From contig CAYTXM010000002.1 in assembly GCA_964441595.1 (NCBI GenBank), positions 1-37,183 of the forward strand: a stretch of 37,183 nt of DNA. The letters run 5' to 3'. Shown here in pieces: positions 33,897 through 37,183 of this stretch. This DNA is from an uncultured Candidatus Saccharibacteria bacterium (GTDB lineage: Bacteria; Patescibacteriota; Minisyncoccia; UBA6257). The position numbers were made by a program, and so were the translations under genes. The notes beneath the pieces are model-generated. The model was not told the DNA's origin. It did not search any database and was given only the letters and a program-made list of their open reading frames with translations. Within the stretch, counting starts at the first letter, position 1, and every line of letters begins with the position of its first letter.

Positions 33897-33911
33897 AGTT
33901 TCGTGTATAAT
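33882..33911 (+). promoter_or_regulatory. Candidate smpB-ssrA promoter
   Basis: TAGACA (33882-33887), an 18-nt spacer, then a perfect TATAAT (33906-33911). It lies 17 nt upstream of the smpB ATG. Confidence 0.4.
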
Positions 33912-33928
33912 AAAGATGTAATAAAGAT

Positions 33929-34387
33929 ATGACCACTATGAAGCCTCTGGCTACAAACAAAAAAGCGCATTTTAATTACGAGATTTTAGAAAAAATAGAA
34001 GCGGGAATTGTACTAACTGGAATGGAAACAAAATCCGTAAAAACAGGAAAAGCTAATTTAGCGGGCAGTTTTGCTATTATCAGAGACAATAAAGCTTTTC
34101 TTATAAATTGTTCTATCGCGCCCTTTCAACCAAAAAACATTAATTTTATCTATGACTCTGAAAAAACCAGAAAACTCCTTCTCAATAAAAAAGAAATTGA
34201 ATATCTAAGAGGCAATATTAAACAAAGAAACTTGACTTTAATACCATTAAGAATGTATAATAAACACGGCTTAATTAAGATTGAATTAGGTCTAGCAAAA
34301 GGAAAAAAGAAATTTGATAAAAGAGAGACTATAAAAAAAAGAGAGACTGAAAGAAATATAGATAGAGCTAAGAGAGGAGAATACTAA
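33929..34387 (+). CDS. smpB: SsrA-binding protein SmpB
   Basis: 152 aa. NKKA.FNYEI.E..EAGIVL.G.E.KS...GK motif, LLL.K.E, and a basic C-terminal tail. The start could be the Met at 33938. Confidence 0.9.
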   Translation: MTTMKPLATNKKAHFNYEILEKIEAGIVLTGMETKSVKTGKANLAGSFAIIRDNKAFLINCSIAPFQPKNINFIYDSEKTRKLLLNKKEIEYLRGNIKQRNLTLIPLRMYNKHGLIKIELGLAKGKKKFDKRETIKKRETERNIDRAKRGEY

Positions 34388-34389
34388 AT

Positions 34390-34767
34390 GGGGATGACGG
34401 GATTCGATAAAAAGAGAGTTTTTAAATAAGCGAGTTGAGGACGCCTTGTATCCTCACTAAAAATCAGGGCGGCATTAATAAATGCTAATCAAACTCCTGC
34501 TTACGCCTATGCTTAATCGTTTAGGCTAAGCTATTCCCTTTTAAGGGAAATTCTTTGGGATGATTCTCAATAGCCCCAAAGGATACAAATATTGAGATAG
34601 ATTGATTTCTGGCTTTTCCGACCAAAAATCAATTGAATCATTTTCGGAGAATTTTAAGAAAAGTCTGTTCATTCTTTCTTTTCTTAAAAGACACGAAGAA
34701 TGAACTATACTCGTAGAGTTGTTTAAAAAATTCTTTTTAGACGTGGGTTCAACTCCCACCTTCTCCA
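34390..34767 (+). ncRNA. ssrA: tmRNA (one-piece SsrA)
   Basis: The 5' end GGGGAUGACGGGAUUCGA pairs with the 3' end CUUCUCC, including the G3.U identity pair, followed by discriminator A. The T-arm is GUGGG-UUCAACU-CCCAC. The internal tag ORF GCU AAU CAA ACU CCU GCU UAC GCC UAU GCU UAA (34484-34516) encodes ANQTPAYAYA. CCA is not fully encoded. The RNA begins 2 nt after the smpB stop. Confidence 0.9.
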
Positions 34768-34823
34768 CAGCGTTAAACGTGGCTCCACTAAAAGACCACA
34801 AACAATTAATCTTTTTATAAAAC

Positions 34824-35297
34824 TTGATACCAAAAGAAGTTCGACTTATTGATGAAAAAGGGAAACAAATAGGGATTTTTTCTTATGATGAAGCCTCTAA
34901 AATAGCCCAAGAGCGTGGTTTAGATTTAGTTGAGATTACAAAAAAAACCACACCTCCGATATATAAATTTGGAGATTCTGGTAAATTAAGGTATAAAAAA
35001 GAAAAAGAATACAGAAAAAAAAGATTAAAAGAAAGACAAACTGCTCCGAAATCAATCCGCATTGGGTTTAATGAAGGAGAGCATGATTTAGAAACAAAAA
35101 TTAAAAAAGCGGAAAAATTTTTAGAAGAAGGAAAAACAGTAACAATTGAAATGAAATTAAGGGGAAGACAAAAAGCTCATTTTGATTTAGCTAAAGAAAA
35201 AATAAGTGAATTTTTAGAAAAAATTAAAACTGAGCATAAAGTTATTCAACTATTAAAAAGAGTCCCCCGTGGACTAATTACAGTTTTAAAAAAATGA
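34824..35297 (+). CDS. infC: Translation initiation factor IF-3, non-AUG start
   Basis: 157 aa. IPKEVRLIDEKGKQIG, LDLVEI, and the C-domain KE.R....I...D...K. The ORF opens with TTG (34824) followed by ATA. There is no in-frame ATG near the conserved N-terminus. Confidence 0.9.
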   Translation: MIPKEVRLIDEKGKQIGIFSYDEASKIAQERGLDLVEITKKTTPPIYKFGDSGKLRYKKEKEYRKKRLKERQTAPKSIRIGFNEGEHDLETKIKKAEKFLEEGKTVTIEMKLRGRQKAHFDLAKEKISEFLEKIKTEHKVIQLLKRVPRGLITVLKK

Positions 35298-35470
35298 GAA
35301 GAAAATTATTTAAAAAAAGATTAAAAATAACCAAAAACGGAAAGATTTTAAGGCGTTCCGCTAATCTTGGGCATACAAAATCCAAAGATTCTTCGAAGGT
35401 AAAAAGGAGAAGAAAGGGACTAATTTCTATGCCAAAACACGCAAAAGCTATTATTAGACAATCGCATTAA
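35294..35470 (+). CDS. rpmI: 50S ribosomal protein L35
   Basis: Absent from the ORF track because it is only 58 aa. My translation is MRRKLFKKRLKITKNGKILRRSANLGHTKSKDSSKVKRRRKGLISMPKHAKAIIRQSH. It shows the L35 pattern (K..K...KR.K.T..GK..R..A...H). An ATGA overlap joins it to the infC stop, and it sits in the canonical infC-rpmI-rplT position. Confidence 0.85.
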   Translation: MRRKLFKKRLKITKNGKILRRSANLGHTKSKDSSKVKRRRKGLISMPKHAKAIIRQSH

Positions 35471-35482
35471 GCTAATATTATT

Positions 35483-35827
35483 ATGACAAGAGTAAAAAGA
35501 GGCGTCACTGCCAATAAACGAAGAAAAAACTTGCTCAAGCATACCAAGGGCTTTCGATATGGACGAAAAACAAAGTATCGCTTAGCCAAAGAAGCACTTC
35601 TTCACGCATGGACACATGCGTTTAGAGACAGGCGATTAAAGAAGAGAAATGCTCGCAGACTCTGGCAAGTCAAAATTAACGCCGCTGTAAGAAAATACGA
35701 ATTGAGTTACAGCAAATTTATTAAAGCTTTAAAAGATAAAAAAATTGGCTTAGATCGAAAAATCTTAGCCGAATTAGCAGAAAAACAACCTGCAATTTTT
35801 AAAAAAATTATTGAGAAGATATCTTAG
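35483..35827 (+). CDS. rplT: 50S ribosomal protein L20
   Basis: 114 aa. MTRVKRGVTANKRRKNLLK.TKGFRYGR and ...FRDRR.KKR..R.LW..RINAA signature. Confidence 0.95.
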   Translation: MTRVKRGVTANKRRKNLLKHTKGFRYGRKTKYRLAKEALLHAWTHAFRDRRLKKRNARRLWQVKINAAVRKYELSYSKFIKALKDKKIGLDRKILAELAEKQPAIFKKIIEKIS

Positions 35828-37183
35828 CTTTAAATTTGTTTTCTTCCAAAGTAAAATGTACTTTGGTATTTGAACCAATCTTTTCTCTTAAAATGGAGCT
35901 GGCTAAATTGTCTTTTATGTAATGTCTAATTACTGAATCTAATGGTCTAGCTCCAAATATTGGATTATAACCTAATGCAGCTAATCGCTCAATAACAGAA
36001 TTATCAAAAGATAATTCTATTTTTTTATTCTTTGATAAAGCTGATGCTAATTCATTTAATTTTAATTTTACTATCTCTTTAAGATGCTCTTGAGTTAATG
36101 GCCTAAAAACAACAACTTCATTAAACCTATTCAAAAGTTCTGGCTTAAAGTAATTCGTTAATTTCTTTTTTAGTCTTTCTGACAAATTATCAATGTTAGC
36201 ATTTTTTTCTATTTCGTTTTTTATAAAATCAGATAAAGCATTAGAAGTCGCAATAATAATCGTGTTAGTAAAATCAATAACTTGCCCAAGGTTATCAGTT
36301 AATCTTCCTTCGTCAAATACTGAAAGAAAAATATTTAAAACATCTGAATGCGCTTTTTCAAATTCGTCCAAAAGAATTAAAGAAAAAGGATTATTCTTTA
36401 CTGATTCAGTCAAAGACCCGCTTATTGTCCCCTCAGGATTGCCAATAAAACGATTGATACTTTTTCTATCTTGATATTCGGCCATGTCAAAACGAATCAT
36501 AGTTTTTTCGCTTCCAAAATAAATTTTAGCAAGTGTTTTTGCTAATTGAGTCTTACCTACTCCAGTAGGTCCAACAAAAAGGAAAACACCAATTGGTTTT
36601 TTAATATTTGCTAAACCAGTCCTATATTGTCTTAAAGCGGCGGATACCAAACTCACCGCTTTTTCCTGATTAATTAATCGCTTATGAATAAGTTTTTCTA
36701 AATTCAATAATTTTTCCCTTTCTTGTTCAGAAGAAATTTCTAAAGGCACCTGGGTTTTTAAACTTACTAAATCCACTATGTCCTGCTCTAAAACTATTTT
36801 TCCGCCTTTTCTGCGAACTCCTTCAATAGCTTCAGTTAAAAGTGATCCTGCAGAAGACGGCAAAGGGGTTGAAGTCAAAAAACGCTGAGCCAAAGTTACA
36901 GCTCTTTTAATTGCTTTGTAACTAATTTTTATTTTGGTTTTTCTTGTTAGCTCCAAAGAACGATATGCTAAAAATCTTATTGATTCTTCGGAAGAAAGCT
37001 CTTTTACTTTAATGATTTCAAAATTCTCTTTCACAATCGAATCTTGTTCCAAATGACGTCGATAATCTCCGGGAGTTGTTGCGGCAATTACTGGCACCCA
37101 CGAAGCATTTATGAGTGATTGAAAAATCTCTAAAGCAGTAAATCCTCCTTTTTGAGCTAATAATTTATAATTATGAAATTGAG
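35808..37183 (-). CDS. Second Clp/Hsp100-family AAA+ ATPase with ClpA-like architecture and no M-domain. It is 5'-truncated by the window edge.
   Basis: My translation stays open upstream of the track's GTG (37097) all the way to position 37183 (...QFHNYKLLAQKGGFTALEIFQSLINASWVPVIAATTPGDYR...). D2 is canonical: [38 protein letters not shown]. The visible part of D1 is divergent. Its 3' end overlaps the rplT 3' end by 20 nt. Confidence 0.8.
   Translation of the reverse strand, partial: QFHNYKLLAQKGGFTALEIFQSLINASWVPVIAATTPGDYRRHLEQDSIVKENFEIIKVKELSSEESIRFLAYRSLELTRKTKIKISYKAIKRAVTLAQRFLTSTPLPSSAGSLLTEAIEGVRRKGGKIVLEQDIVDLVSLKTQVPLEISSEQEREKLLNLEKLIHKRLINQEKAVSLVSAALRQYRTGLANIKKPIGVFLFVGPTGVGKTQLAKTLAKIYFGSEKTMIRFDMAEYQDRKSINRFIGNPEGTISGSLTESVKNNPFSLILLDEFEKAHSDVLNIFLSVFDEGRLTDNLGQVIDFTNTIIIATSNALSDFIKNEIEKNANIDNLSERLKKKLTNYFKPELLNRFNEVVVFRPLTQEHLKEIVKLKLNELASALSKNKKIELSFDNSVIERLAALGYNPIFGARPLDSVIRHYIKDNLASSILREKIGSNTKVHFTLEENKFKAKISSQ

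Noticed and set aside
34541-34801. 86-aa minus-strand ORF
   Set aside because: It lies entirely antisense within the tmRNA gene (34390-34767), whose acceptor stem, T-arm and tag frame are unambiguous.
1-37183. Accessory or mobile content (CRISPR array, transposase/IS, integrase, prophage, restriction-modification, toxin-antitoxin), inteins, or an alternative genetic code
   Set aside because: There are no arrays of repeats at least 20 nt long with spacers, and no ORF with transposase, integrase or nuclease-defence motifs. Large genes (rpoB, rpoC, nrdD, ileS, clpB) are compact with no insert-sized extra domains. All conserved genes are intact under code 11, with TGA used as a stop (trmD, infC, comEC, nrdG).

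Overview
This window is AT-rich, extremely gene-dense core chromosome. Many genes overlap by 4-14 nt, and there are three convergent 3'-end overlaps. Nearly everything is housekeeping. In order: a P-type ATPase N-terminal fragment, rlmE, a small ferredoxin, rpmB, aspS, split comEC plus an MBL nuclease domain, nrdG-nrdD (class III RNR), ftsZ-ftsA, ybeY, rpsU, hisS, lepB, an LCP ligase, pth, a Phe-rich membrane protein, clpB, uppS, rpoC-rpoB, a 70-aa orphan, trmD, khpA, a short smc, rnc, nusB, rpmF, ileS, smpB-ssrA (tmRNA), infC-rpmI-rplT, and a second Clp-type AAA+ ATPase that runs off the right edge. The standard genetic code fits, with TGA, TAA and TAG all used as stops. By inference only, the gene content and repeated domain losses point to a reduced-genome, probably anaerobic bacterium of the CPR/Patescibacteria kind. 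Those losses include an AspRS without the GAD insertion, an SMC of about 700 aa with no hinge, a split ComEC, a compact RpoB and the absence of Shine-Dalgarno sequences. I see no transposase, integrase, CRISPR array, restriction/defence genes, toxin-antitoxin pair or other accessory island. I do not find a discrete novel multi-gene system; this is ordinary core genome. The items most worth a second look are: (1) a GC-rich structured RNA candidate in the aspS-rpmB gap; (2) a recurring tandem-GA mini-hairpin with a compensatory change after ftsA, ftsZ and smc; (3) a ClpB-architecture chaperone with an LGF tripeptide at the ClpC P-loop position, next to a ClpA-architecture paralog that lacks one; (4) the hinge-less short SMC; (5) a polybasic N-terminal extension on FtsZ; (6) SD-less and possibly leaderless initiation with CAA-rich leaders. 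Function calls rest on motif recognition from memory, not database searches.
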